This document shows positions 12,936 to 22,510 of a DNA stretch of 32,000 bases, one piece after another. Numbering within the stretch: position 1 is the first letter of the stretch; each line of letters opens with the position of its first letter. The notes beneath the pieces are model-generated. The model saw nothing but the letters and a program-made list of their open reading frames with translations, searched no databases and was not told where the DNA came from. A program made the position numbers and the translations under genes. The stretch is from assembly GCF_002075285.3 (NCBI RefSeq), contig NZ_CP021983.2:4470001-4502000 (forward strand). The letters run 5' to 3'. This DNA comes from Halomicronema hongdechloris C2206 (GTDB taxonomy: Bacteria > Cyanobacteriota > Cyanobacteriia > Phormidesmidales > Phormidesmidaceae).

Positions 12936-13709
12936 ATGGAGAGACGCCGCTCCCCGTTGGATGTGACGGATCCGGCCTGGCGCTATGGCGCCACGGTATT
13001 CACGACGCTGCGGGTCCATGGCCAAGATTTAGCCCATCCCTGGACGGTGTGGGAGGCCCATTGTGATCGCATCCGTCAGTCCTTGGCCACCTTTCACTGG
13101 CCCCAGCCGGACTGGCCTCGCGTGCGCGCCGGGGCAGCCCATGTCGCCACTCACTTTCCCGTGCTGCGGCTGACCATCCTGGCCGATGGCCGCGAATTGG
13201 TGACAGGGCGGCCCTTACCAGACAACCTGGCCCAGCGGCAGCGGCAGGGCATCAGCGCCTGGGAATCGGCTGACCCGCTTTATCGCCGCAGTTTGCCAGG
13301 CCATAAAACCGGCAATTATCTCAGCAGTTGGTTGGCCCTACAGGCAGCCCAACGAATGGGGGCCAGCGAAGCTATCCTGGTGGATGAGCAGGGGCACTGG
13401 CTGGAGACCGCCACCGGTAACCTCTGGGGCTGGGGCCAGGGCACCTGGTGGACCCCGCCGTTGGCGGCTGGAATCTTGCCCGGGGTGATGCGATCGCAGC
13501 TACTGCGGCATCTACAGGGGGCCGGGGCAACGGTGTCCCAAACACCATGGACCCCTGAAGTGGCCAGCCAGATCCAGACCCTGGCCTATAGCAACAGCGT
13601 CATCGGTGTTATTCCCATTCACACTCTGCTGAAGGGAACCACACAGCTGCACTACAATCCAGATCAGGAGGTGCTGGCGCGACTGGGCCGCCCTAACTCC
13701 CATGAGTAA
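12936..13709 (+). CDS. Class IV aminotransferase-fold protein (4-amino-4-deoxychorismate lyase, PabC-like); the 5' end is probably frameshifted
   Basis: The translation DVTDPAWRYGATVFTTLRV...HCDRIRQS...GNLWGW...TPPLAAGILPGVMRSQLL fits the class IV fold signature, and the size (~260-270 aa) fits ADC lyase. The listed ORF starts at TTG 12921, and the first ATG in frame is 12936. A better N-terminus (MVYWFAGELYGETPLPV) lies in another frame starting at ATG 12908 (see findings). Confidence 0.8.
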   Translation: MERRRSPLDVTDPAWRYGATVFTTLRVHGQDLAHPWTVWEAHCDRIRQSLATFHWPQPDWPRVRAGAAHVATHFPVLRLTILADGRELVTGRPLPDNLAQRQRQGISAWESADPLYRRSLPGHKTGNYLSSWLALQAAQRMGASEAILVDEQGHWLETATGNLWGWGQGTWWTPPLAAGILPGVMRSQLLRHLQGAGATVSQTPWTPEVASQIQTLAYSNSVIGVIPIHTLLKGTTQLHYNPDQEVLARLGRPNSHE

Positions 13710-13946
13710 TGGTTAAGTGATGGTCAGATTCTGATAATCTCGTTAACATTAGTTAATATCCCATTAAATTAACCCAACCTATGACCAGTAGACTGTGCAG
13801 CGATGGTGCGCTGACAGTTGCCCTGGTTGTCTACCTCGAGTTCAGTCCGAATGCTGGAACTTTTTTCGAAGCAACCCTCGGGTCTGGACTTGAACACGGC
13901 TTAAACAAGCTATCGTTGCCCTGATGCGAATGGAGGCATAACCCCG

Positions 13947-15788
13947 GTGAATAAACGGTGGAGAAACGCAGGACTGTATGCACTGTTAGTGGTCGTGGTC
14001 ATTGCCCTGGCCACAGCCATCTTCGATAACTCTGGCCAAGAGACCCAATCATGGCGTTACAGCCGCTTTGTCAACGCGGTTGAAAATAATCAACTCGAGC
14101 GAGTCAGCATCAGCGCCGACCGCTCTCGGGCCCGCTTCCCTGACCCCCAAGGCAACGGTCAGATTGTCGTGAATTTGCCCAGCGATCCAGAGTTAATCGA
14201 CATTCTGGAACGCAACAATGTCGATATTGTGGTCATGCCCCAGAACGACGACAGCGTCTGGGTTAGGGCCTTCAGCACCCTGTTGATTCCAGTGTTACTG
14301 CTGGTAGTGCTGTTCTTCATCCTGCGTCGGGCCCAGAGCGGGCCGGGCAACCAGGCAATGAACTTCGGCAAATCGAAGGCACGGGTGCAGATGGAGCCCC
14401 AGACCCAGGTCACCTTCGGTGATGTGGCTGGCATCGAGCAGGCCAAGCTAGAGCTGACTGAGGTGGTAGACTTCCTCAAGAATGCCGACCGCTTTACCGC
14501 CATCGGGGCCAAAATTCCCAAAGGGGTTCTGCTGGTTGGCCCTCCCGGAACCGGTAAAACCTTGCTAGCCCGGGCCGTGGCTGGTGAAGCTGGAGTCCCC
14601 TTCTTCTCCATCTCTGGCTCCGAGTTCGTCGAGATGTTCGTTGGCGTTGGGGCCTCACGGGTACGCGACCTGTTCGAGCAGGCCAAATCCAATGCCCCTT
14701 GCATCGTCTTCATCGATGAGATCGATGCCGTCGGCCGACAGCGTGGCGCCGGTCTCGGCGGTGGTAATGACGAACGGGAGCAGACCCTAAACCAGCTGCT
14801 CACCGAGATGGATGGCTTCGAAGGCAACACCGGTATCATCATCATTGCCGCTACCAACCGCCCCGATGTGCTAGACTCCGCCCTGCTGCGGCCCGGACGA
14901 TTTGACCGCCAGGTCGTGGTGGATCGCCCCGACTACGCTGGTCGTCTGGAAATCCTCAAGGTACACGGTCGCGGCAAGACCTTCGCCAAAGATGTCGACA
15001 TGGAGAAGATCGCCCGTCGCACGCCTGGCTTTACCGGTGCCGACCTGTCTAACTTGCTCAACGAAGCGGCAATCCTAGCCGCTCGGCGCAATCTCACCGA
15101 GATTTCCATGGATGAGGTGAATGACGCCATTGATCGGGTGCTGGCCGGTCCCGAGAAGAAGGATCGGGTCATGAGCGAGAAGCGCAAGGAGCTGGTAGCT
15201 TATCACGAAGCTGGCCATGCCCTAGTGGGTGCCCTCATGCCCGACTATGACCCGGTACAGAAGATCAGCATCATCCCCCGCGGTCGGGCCGGTGGTCTGA
15301 CCTGGTTTACCCCCAGCGAAGATCGCCTCGAGTCTGGGCTATATTCCCGCTCTTACCTGGAGAATCAGATGGCCGTGGCCCTGGGTGGCCGGCTGGCCGA
15401 AGAGATCATCTTTGGAGATGAAGAGGTCACGACCGGCGCCTCCAACGACCTGCAGCAGGTGGCTCGCGTCGCCCGGCAGATGGTCACCCGTTTCGGCATG
15501 AGCGAGCGCCTAGGCCCCGTGGCCCTAGGCCGCCAAAACGGCAATATGTTCCTGGGTCGCGATATTACTTCCGAGCGTGACTTCTCCGAGGAAACCGCCG
15601 CCGTCATCGACGATGAGGTGCGGCAATTGGTGAGTGAAGCCTATCGACGAGCCAGGCAGGTGCTGACGGAAAATCGCCATATCCTGGATCAACTGGCTGC
15701 CATGCTGGTGGAGAAGGAGACGGTGGACGCTGAAGAACTGCAGGAGCTGTTGACCACTAATCAGGTCACCATGGCCCCCATCGCTTAA
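13947..15788 (+). CDS. ftsH: ATP-dependent zinc metalloprotease FtsH
   Basis: The protein has two N-terminal transmembrane segments and an AAA+ module ([22 protein letters not shown], Walker [33 protein letters not shown]). The zinc site is HEAGHA. The GTG start is preceded by GGAGG. Confidence 0.97.
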   Translation: MNKRWRNAGLYALLVVVVIALATAIFDNSGQETQSWRYSRFVNAVENNQLERVSISADRSRARFPDPQGNGQIVVNLPSDPELIDILERNNVDIVVMPQNDDSVWVRAFSTLLIPVLLLVVLFFILRRAQSGPGNQAMNFGKSKARVQMEPQTQVTFGDVAGIEQAKLELTEVVDFLKNADRFTAIGAKIPKGVLLVGPPGTGKTLLARAVAGEAGVPFFSISGSEFVEMFVGVGASRVRDLFEQAKSNAPCIVFIDEIDAVGRQRGAGLGGGNDEREQTLNQLLTEMDGFEGNTGIIIIAATNRPDVLDSALLRPGRFDRQVVVDRPDYAGRLEILKVHGRGKTFAKDVDMEKIARRTPGFTGADLSNLLNEAAILAARRNLTEISMDEVNDAIDRVLAGPEKKDRVMSEKRKELVAYHEAGHALVGALMPDYDPVQKISIIPRGRAGGLTWFTPSEDRLESGLYSRSYLENQMAVALGGRLAEEIIFGDEEVTTGASNDLQQVARVARQMVTRFGMSERLGPVALGRQNGNMFLGRDITSERDFSEETAAVIDDEVRQLVSEAYRRARQVLTENRHILDQLAAMLVEKETVDAEELQELLTTNQVTMAPIA

Positions 15789-15818
15789 CCGCCATCATTG
15801 CTTCCCAAAACCTAACCG

Positions 15819-15856
15819 CCCAGAGGAACCTAATCTTGGTTGCTCCGGGCTTTTTA
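15819..15856 (+). terminator. Probable intrinsic terminator of ftsH
   Basis: The stem CCCAGAGGAACC-(loop)-GGTTGCTCCGGG pairs at 10 of 12 positions and is followed by CTTTTT. It starts about 30 nt after the ftsH stop codon. Confidence 0.6.
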
Positions 15857-15953
15857 GTGAATAAGTCTCATCCCAGAAGTGCCGCAAAATAAGCTTAATG
15901 AAATTAGAAATGCCAGCAATGCCTCCCCTAAATTAACCGGAATGTATCGTCTA

Positions 15954-16244
15954 AAAGAATAGTTTAGAACTATCTTTGAAACGGCGAGTGAATGGTCGGA
16001 GGCTCTGTTTAAATTGCTTGACTGGATGGTCGATGCTAAAGCATACTCCAACGATAGTGTAGGCACGCTTTGTCGATGGTTCGGCCAGGTCCTAAATTAT
16101 TTCGAAAATGGGACAACAAACGGTATTGTGGAAGGCATCAATAACCGATTAAAGTTCATTAAACGACTTGGATTTGGGTGCAGCAACTTTGATAATTTTG
16201 AACTCAAGGGCGCTATATGCCACATCGAAACCATCCTTTACTAA
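15954..16244 (+). pseudogene. ISL3-family transposase C-terminal remnant
   Basis: The translation ...FRTIFETASEWSEALFKLLDWMVDAKAY...LNYFENGTTNGIVEGINNRLKFIKRLGFGCSNFDNFELK matches the conserved ISL3 transposase C-terminus (tNg..EG.NnkiK..kR.ayGf.n.enf). The N-terminal ~300 residues are absent. It sits in an AT-rich patch between ftsH and glgA. Confidence 0.75.
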
Positions 16245-16389
16245 GCTGGTGGGAAGACGTGATGTGATGAGTTAGCAATCGTCAAACAAGTTGGCCTAGG
16301 TACCTGTCAGTAACTTGCGTGGCTGGATAACTCGTTAATCGTTTACTTTTAGATCATCCCACCTGCTCATTTACTCCTCCTCTAGGACT

Positions 16390-17835
16390 CTAAGCCGTCG
16401 CTGCCTTCGCCACTACCTCCTCTTTTGAGGCAGCCTTGGCCTGGGGCACCTGCTCTTGCCAAGGCACCCCTAAGATATCGCTATAGAGCTTGACATACTC
16501 AACTGCCGACTTGGTCCAACTGAAGTCTTGGGCCATGGCTCGCTTCTGCAGGGCTTGCCAGGCATCTTTGTAGTGGAATCCTTCCCAAGCGCGCACCAGG
16601 CAGGTGTAGAGGTCTAGAGGTTCATAGCGATCGAAGCAATAGCCGGTGCCAGCTTGGTGCAGCGGATCGTGGTGAGCTACCGTGTCTACCAAGCCGCCGG
16701 TACGCCGCACGATGGGAACACAGCCGTAGCGCATAGAAATCAGCTGACTGATGCCACAGGGTTCAAACCGGGACGGCATCAAGAAGGCATCGGCTCCAGC
16801 ATAGATGCGTCGAGCCAGACTGTCACTGTAGAGCAAATAGGTGGCCATGCGTCCTCGATAGCGAGAGGCCAAATGCCACATCTCGGTTTCGTAGTAGCGC
16901 TCGCCAGTGCCTAAAAGCACGAACTGGGCATCGGTATAGGCCATAAACCGATCCATCACCTGTAGCACCAGGTCGATGCCCTTTTGCTCTACCAGCCGGC
17001 TGACCAGCCCCACTAGGAAGGCTTGGGAGTTGACTTCCAGGCCCATTTCTTCCTGCAGGGCGATTTTATTGTGGCGACGCTGCTCTAGGGTGTCTGCGGT
17101 GAAATTGGGTGCGATCGCACGATCTGTTGCCGGGTCGAAGGACTGGGTATCGATGCCATTGAGAATGCCGCTGAGCTTACCGCTGATAAATGACAGCAAG
17201 CCTTCCAGGGTCTCCCCGTAGGCCGCCGTCTGGATCTGCTGGGCATAGGTGGGGGACACGGTGTTGACGCGGTTAGCATACTGCACTGCCGCTGCCATGG
17301 TGTTATGACCCTGCATATACCAGGGGCACCAAGTCATCTGCTCCAGCTTCCAGCGCCAGGGGCCCTGATAGGCCAAGTTGTGAATGGTAAAGACCGTGGC
17401 AATATCAGGAGACTGATGCATCCATACCGGAATCATGCCCGTATGCCAGTCGTGGCAGTGAATAATCTGGGGTTTCCAATAATTCCAGGCAAATTCGGCC
17501 GCACCGTTGGCGAAGAAGGTGAAGCGCCAGTCTTCATCCTCCCCGTAGTAAACGCGACGAGGGTCGAAGGCGGGATGGCCAAACAGGTAGAGGGGCACAT
17601 CGGAGTTAGGGAATACCGTCTCGTATACGGCGAAGGCATTGAACATGGCATAGCCCCACCAGACTGGCTCTTGGGGAATCTGGAGCTTTTCCGCCAGGAA
17701 GCCGTAGTAGGGCATGAAAATGCGGACATCGTGACCCATCTGGCGTAAGACCCTTGGCAGAGAACCCACCACGTCTCCCATGCCGCCCACCTTCGCCAAG
17801 GGAGCTGCCTCCGCTGCCACAAAGAGTATCCGCAT
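16390..17835 (-). CDS. glgA: Glycogen synthase (ADP-glucose transglucosylase)
   Basis: The N-terminus [27 protein letters not shown] contains the KVGGL-type motif. The length (481 aa) and the C-terminal GT-B motifs ([19 protein letters not shown]) also fit. Confidence 0.95.
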   Translation of the reverse strand: MRILFVAAEAAPLAKVGGMGDVVGSLPRVLRQMGHDVRIFMPYYGFLAEKLQIPQEPVWWGYAMFNAFAVYETVFPNSDVPLYLFGHPAFDPRRVYYGEDEDWRFTFFANGAAEFAWNYWKPQIIHCHDWHTGMIPVWMHQSPDIATVFTIHNLAYQGPWRWKLEQMTWCPWYMQGHNTMAAAVQYANRVNTVSPTYAQQIQTAAYGETLEGLLSFISGKLSGILNGIDTQSFDPATDRAIAPNFTADTLEQRRHNKIALQEEMGLEVNSQAFLVGLVSRLVEQKGIDLVLQVMDRFMAYTDAQFVLLGTGERYYETEMWHLASRYRGRMATYLLYSDSLARRIYAGADAFLMPSRFEPCGISQLISMRYGCVPIVRRTGGLVDTVAHHDPLHQAGTGYCFDRYEPLDLYTCLVRAWEGFHYKDAWQALQKRAMAQDFSWTKSAVEYVKLYSDILGVPWQEQVPQAKAASKEEVVAKAATA

Positions 17836-18050
17836 AGACCCCCGCGTCCTTTAAGAAAGTTTTCATTTCATAGTCTACGGGGGCATGGAGTTTATGCCTA
17901 GAGGCCGCATCGCTGCAGTCAGGAGTAGGCCTAGGCCCATGAATCGCAGGTCGGTCGTCCCTCGCCCGCTGCCCCCTAGCGGCAGTAGTGTCATCATGAC
18001 AATTGTTGCTGACATTCACTCACCGACATTTACGTGATTGTTTCTACGTC

Positions 18051-19673
18051 ATGAAGCGGTTTGTCCAGCTGTTTCAAGCGGTGGATGCCACCACCTCCAC
18101 CAATGAAAAGGTGCGCGCCCTACGGGATTACTTCACCGAGGTTGCCCCAGCTGACGCTGCCTGGGCGCTGTACCTCCTACTGGGGAAACCCCGGCGCCGC
18201 CTGGTCACTTCCCGGGTGCTGCGCCAGACCTACCTGACCATATCGGGGCTACCAGACTGGTTGTTTCGAGACTGCTACGCCCATGTCGGTGATGCGGCCG
18301 AGGTGATTGCCCTATTGCTGCAGACCACCTCCCTAGACCGACAACCGCAGGCTGCCAAACCGCTGCACCATTGGCTAGAGACCATCATTCCCCAGGTCAA
18401 TGCCGTCGACACCGAGGCTGACCGTCAGGCGCTAATCGTCTCCTGGTGGTCGGCGTTGGCCCCCTTTGAGGTGTTCGTCCTGAATAAGATACTGACGGGA
18501 GCCTTTCGCTTTGGCGCCTCTAGCAAACTGGTGATTCGAGGGCTGTCCCAGGCCTGCAAGGTGCCGGAAGCGGTGTTGGCCCATCGACTCATGGGAGACT
18601 TTGAACCCACGGTGGCCTTCTTCCAGCAACTGACCAGCACCGCTGCCACAGAGCACCCTCCCAGTCAGCCCTATCCCTTTTTTCTAGCGGCTCCTCTAGA
18701 AGTCGATCGATTCCAACAGGATCAGGGAAATCGCCTAGATCATTGGCTGGTGGAATGGAAATGGGACGGCATCCGGGCCCAGGTGATCAAGCGCGCCGAT
18801 CAAGTCTTTATCTGGTCTCGGGGAGAGGATCTGGTCACGCCCCAGTTTCCAGAATTGGTAGAGGCCTTTCAGCCGTTTCCCAATGGCTCGGTGTTGGATG
18901 GCGAAATTCTTTGCTGGCGGGAAGATCGTCCCCTCAGCTTCAATCATCTCCAGAAACGCTTAGGTCGCAAGCGGGTCACCCAAAAACTCATGGCAGATAG
19001 TCCGGTCCATTTCGTCGCCTATGACTTGCTAGAGGCTGCCGGCAATGATATGCGCCCGCACCCCCTATGCGATCGCAAACAAACCCTAGCCACTCTCCTA
19101 AATTCCCAGCCCGACACCGCTCCCATCCATCTCTCCCAAGCCCTAGCCCCAGACGACTTCCAGACCCTCCAGAGCCTACGCCAACAAGCTCGAGATCATG
19201 GCGCCGAAGGCTTAGTCCTAAAAGCCCTAGATAGTCCCTATCTCGTGGGTCGCAAGCGTGGCTACTGGTGGAAATACAAAGTCGATCCCATGACCCTAGA
19301 CGCCGTCTTGATCTATGCCCAAGCCGGCAGTGGCAAGCGGGCTAATCTCTTTACCGACTACACCTTTGCCCTCTGGCACGGGGACGAGTTAGTGCCCTTC
19401 GCCAAGGCCTATTCCGGGCTCAACAATGCCGAAATCGAGCGGCTAGACAAGTGGATCCGCCGCCATACCCAGGATCGATTTGGCCCCGTGCGTGCCGTCG
19501 AACCAACCCATGTTTTTGAGATTGCCTTTGAAGGTATCGCCAAATCAAAGCGGCACAAATCAGGCATCTCAGTGCGGTTTCCCCGTATTTTACGCTGGCG
19601 TCGCGATAAACCCATCAGCGAAGCCGATACCGTACAGGCTGCCCATACCCTCTGGCATCAATACGGCGGATAA
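18051..19673 (+). CDS. ATP-dependent DNA ligase
   Basis: The adenylation motif I is EWKWDGIRAQV (KxDG). Also present are SRGEDL, LDGEI, EGLVLK, WWKYK and an OB-domain C-terminus. The listed ORF starts at TTG 18003; I prefer ATG 18051 (MKRFVQLF...). Confidence 0.9.
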   Translation: MKRFVQLFQAVDATTSTNEKVRALRDYFTEVAPADAAWALYLLLGKPRRRLVTSRVLRQTYLTISGLPDWLFRDCYAHVGDAAEVIALLLQTTSLDRQPQAAKPLHHWLETIIPQVNAVDTEADRQALIVSWWSALAPFEVFVLNKILTGAFRFGASSKLVIRGLSQACKVPEAVLAHRLMGDFEPTVAFFQQLTSTAATEHPPSQPYPFFLAAPLEVDRFQQDQGNRLDHWLVEWKWDGIRAQVIKRADQVFIWSRGEDLVTPQFPELVEAFQPFPNGSVLDGEILCWREDRPLSFNHLQKRLGRKRVTQKLMADSPVHFVAYDLLEAAGNDMRPHPLCDRKQTLATLLNSQPDTAPIHLSQALAPDDFQTLQSLRQQARDHGAEGLVLKALDSPYLVGRKRGYWWKYKVDPMTLDAVLIYAQAGSGKRANLFTDYTFALWHGDELVPFAKAYSGLNNAEIERLDKWIRRHTQDRFGPVRAVEPTHVFEIAFEGIAKSKRHKSGISVRFPRILRWRRDKPISEADTVQAAHTLWHQYGG

Positions 19674-22040
19674 TTACAGACGCTTTCCCGCTTCCGCCTT
19701 CACAATTGCCAAACGAGTTTGTTCTACCGCGGCTGGCTCCACTGAAATCGAGCTAATTCCCCACTGGATTAGCAACTCTACGAGTTCTGGATAACGCACC
19801 GGAGCCTGACCGCAAATGGAACAGGGAACGCCATATTGATGGGCCATCTGAATCAGGTGATTAACCGCCGTCAATACCACTGGATGACGCTCATCAAACA
19901 CAGATGCCATCAGCGGCTGATCGCGATCAGCCGCCAACAACAACTGAGTTAAATCATTGGTGCCAATAGCAATACCCTGCACCCCTGCCTTAATATACTC
20001 CGGCAATAGAAATAACACTGAAGGGACTTCTGCCATGATCCATAGTTGAAACTCTGGCACCTGCATGAGTCCAGCCTGTTCGATCAACTGGCGACACTCC
20101 AAAAATTCCTCCAAGGTACGGACAAAGGGGAGAAGCAGCTGGAGATTATGACCTCCCTCCGACTGTACTCGAGCCAGTGCTTGCAATTCCAACTCAAAAA
20201 GCTGGGGGCTGACATGATAGCTGAAGGTGCCGCGGATCCCTAAGGTGGGGTTGAGCTCTACAGCCGGACTACCCGCTAAGGCTGCCCATTCATGGGACCG
20301 CATATCGAGAGAGCGATAGCGCACCGGAGCCGGGGCAAAGGCCGTCAGAATCTTACCTAGCCGCTCGACCAATCGCTCTACCAACTCAGTCGTGTATCCT
20401 TCTGCCAGCCACTGCTGAGGATGGCGATGGTCTAGGGCTTCTAACAATAACCACTCAGACCGTAGTAACCCAATGCCATCAATGGGTAGCTGCTTTACCC
20501 TAGTCACACTGGTCAACTGGCTTAGATTCGCCATCAATTTAGTCTTAGGGGGTGTTGTCGCCGCTGTGGCCTCTAGGGACTTAGCCTGATCAGACGGTGG
20601 AGAAGAGGGGACGGACTGCCAAGCCAATGGCGTAACAGCAGCCGAGGATGGCAATCGATAGATTAGGCCGCGCTGGCCATCTAACCACAAGCGATCGTCC
20701 GTTTGGATTAACTCGGTGACCTGAGGAGCCCCAACCACTGAAGGAATCATTAACTCCCTAGCCAAGATAGCCGCATGGCAAGTTAGACCTCCCTGTTCCG
20801 AGACAATACCCACGATGCCCTTCAAATGGGCCAACCGATCCGGTTGTAGATCACGCACTACCACAATGTGTCCCGCTGCCTGGGATACCTGGGCTGCCGA
20901 TAGAGCTCCCCAGTCCCTATCAATCACTAAGGCTGGGGCCATAATTTGCCCAGCAGAAGCCCCTAGCCCTCTAATTACAGTTGTCACCGCTGGCAGCGGC
21001 GGTTCCACCGTGACAGCTGCAGAGTTCTCCCGAGCCAGAACCACAGGTGCAGCCACTACGGGATGGGCTTGGGTAACAATCAGACGATGGCCCACTGCTC
21101 CCGCATCGTAGATCAACCAGTCCAAGCGAAAAGAAGACCCTAGTAGGGGTTGCACCCGTTGAGACAAATCGATCAGGGCTTGAGTTTGCTGCCTCGATAC
21201 AATCTGGTCTAGGTAGGGGTTATCCGGACTCTGCGGTGTAATGCCAGGGAAGGGCTCGACAGGCGGTGTCGTCGTCGAAGACTGCGATGGCGTCTCATAT
21301 TCACTAACCCGATACACAACATCCTGATAACCAGCTTGCCAGGTCCAAGATGGCTGCGTATCTAAGGACAAGGAGCACCGACTGGGAATTGCCTCTCCCT
21401 GGGTCATGGCCAACCCTAAGCCCTGCACAGCCTCTAGAGTCAATTGAGACCCATCGCGAACCAACGTCCCGGACAGCCCGGCCGGATAAAGCGGATGCAT
21501 CAAAACAGCTAAATGAACATGGCGCAGTTGCAGGTGACGTCGCTGCAGAATCGTCAATGCCCGATTGGTCAGAAGATCGGCCCAAAATCCCTTGAGATGA
21601 TGCTCGAGGGCCTGAACTTGGTTCCAACTGGTCCGCGGTGCAAGCATGCCTGTCATCAAAGATGACCAGGCCCCAGTGGTAGCCTCTAACGTTATGGACG
21701 ACCGCAACAGCATCACAGCGTCATCTTCTGAGGAAATTAGGCGGGATAGCTCCAGTCCACAGGGAGCCGCCCACAGGGCCTGCCGCAACTGCTGCGCCAT
21801 CGGGACAATGTGCTCAGGATGCTCCAGGGGCAAGGCTGCTGGCAGGTCAAAGATGTCTACTAGCAAGGAATCTGGCCACTGAGCCACTGCTAGTAATGTC
21901 GCCATGGCCCTGGCTGGGATCACCTGACCCCTGACCACCGCAATACCTTGCTGTTGAAGTTGGCTCAAATAGAATGCTTTATCACCAACTTGTTGCCGGT
22001 CTGACGCTGAGATCTGGTTGAGGGTAGGAAACATCATCAT
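19674..22040 (-). CDS. PEP-utilizing enzyme family protein (PEP synthase / pyruvate phosphate dikinase / PtsI-like)
   Basis: The phosphohistidine swivel motif is GGLTCHAAILARELMIPSVVG. The C-terminal TIM-barrel motifs are GIGLLRSEWL and IGTNDLTQLL. The N-terminus resembles the ATP-grasp PPDK_N start (VGDKAFYLSQLQQQGIAVVRGQVI). Confidence 0.85.
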   Translation of the reverse strand: MMMFPTLNQISASDRQQVGDKAFYLSQLQQQGIAVVRGQVIPARAMATLLAVAQWPDSLLVDIFDLPAALPLEHPEHIVPMAQQLRQALWAAPCGLELSRLISSEDDAVMLLRSSITLEATTGAWSSLMTGMLAPRTSWNQVQALEHHLKGFWADLLTNRALTILQRRHLQLRHVHLAVLMHPLYPAGLSGTLVRDGSQLTLEAVQGLGLAMTQGEAIPSRCSLSLDTQPSWTWQAGYQDVVYRVSEYETPSQSSTTTPPVEPFPGITPQSPDNPYLDQIVSRQQTQALIDLSQRVQPLLGSSFRLDWLIYDAGAVGHRLIVTQAHPVVAAPVVLARENSAAVTVEPPLPAVTTVIRGLGASAGQIMAPALVIDRDWGALSAAQVSQAAGHIVVVRDLQPDRLAHLKGIVGIVSEQGGLTCHAAILARELMIPSVVGAPQVTELIQTDDRLWLDGQRGLIYRLPSSAAVTPLAWQSVPSSPPSDQAKSLEATAATTPPKTKLMANLSQLTSVTRVKQLPIDGIGLLRSEWLLLEALDHRHPQQWLAEGYTTELVERLVERLGKILTAFAPAPVRYRSLDMRSHEWAALAGSPAVELNPTLGIRGTFSYHVSPQLFELELQALARVQSEGGHNLQLLLPFVRTLEEFLECRQLIEQAGLMQVPEFQLWIMAEVPSVLFLLPEYIKAGVQGIAIGTNDLTQLLLAADRDQPLMASVFDERHPVVLTAVNHLIQMAHQYGVPCSICGQAPVRYPELVELLIQWGISSISVEPAAVEQTRLAIVKAEAGKRL

Positions 22041-22312
22041 TACTGGGTTGAGCAGGCATCAGAGCACTTCCCCAATCAGATTGTCGCCATTGCCTAGCAA
22101 TCTTCGCAGCATATGGCGTTTACATGACCATATCATCAGCCTCTGAAGTAGCGCGGTACCTCAGGCACTGACGATAGTATCCGTAAATTCCTACAGAATA
22201 CCTGCCCAGCCGCTGACAAAAGATCGCTATTTTCACGCTAATCGAATCCATTCCAAGTCAACACAATAGAAGGGTATCGGTTCAAAACTGCCCCCATGGA
22301 GGCATAAATCCC

Positions 22313-22510
22313 ATGAAGGACCTTCGATCTAGGCTCAAGCCCTCTCAGGAAACCTTTGCCGGCCTATTGTCAACAGCAGTGCAGTCATTGACCTTAGCGT
22401 CACCAGAGGCACAGACCATCTGTTATGTCTATCCAGATGGTCGAGTCATTGTTGCTCAGCTACATAGCCATTCCCCTCGTTTAATTGGAGCCAGCCATGC
22501 AGCTCCTTGA
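22313..22510 (+). CDS. Small hypothetical protein (65 aa)
   Basis: The ATG is preceded by GGAGG 9 nt upstream. The ORF overlaps the comF-like start region by 14 nt. I recognise no motif. Confidence 0.4.
   Translation: MKDLRSRLKPSQETFAGLLSTAVQSLTLASPEAQTICYVYPDGRVIVAQLHSHSPRLIGASHAAP

Noticed and set aside
13929-13946. A shared 12-mer, ATGGAGGCATAA, directly upstream of the ftsH start and also upstream of the small ORF at 22313 (22295-22306).
   Set aside because: It contains the GGAGG ribosome-binding site. A rough expectation for exact 12-mer matches between any two positions in 32 kb is tens of chance hits, so it is not significant without further copies.
14159-14857. A long antisense ORF (232 aa) inside ftsH. 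Similar ORFs lie opposite or out of frame within htrA, glgA, the ligase, the PEP enzyme, glmS and the STAND genes, for example 799-1131, 17305-17748, 21304-21627 and 30456-30899.
   Set aside because: They lie entirely within strongly supported genes. Their composition is Arg/Ser/Pro/Ala-rich and low in complexity, as expected for off-frame translation of GC-rich coding DNA. They carry no recognisable motifs.
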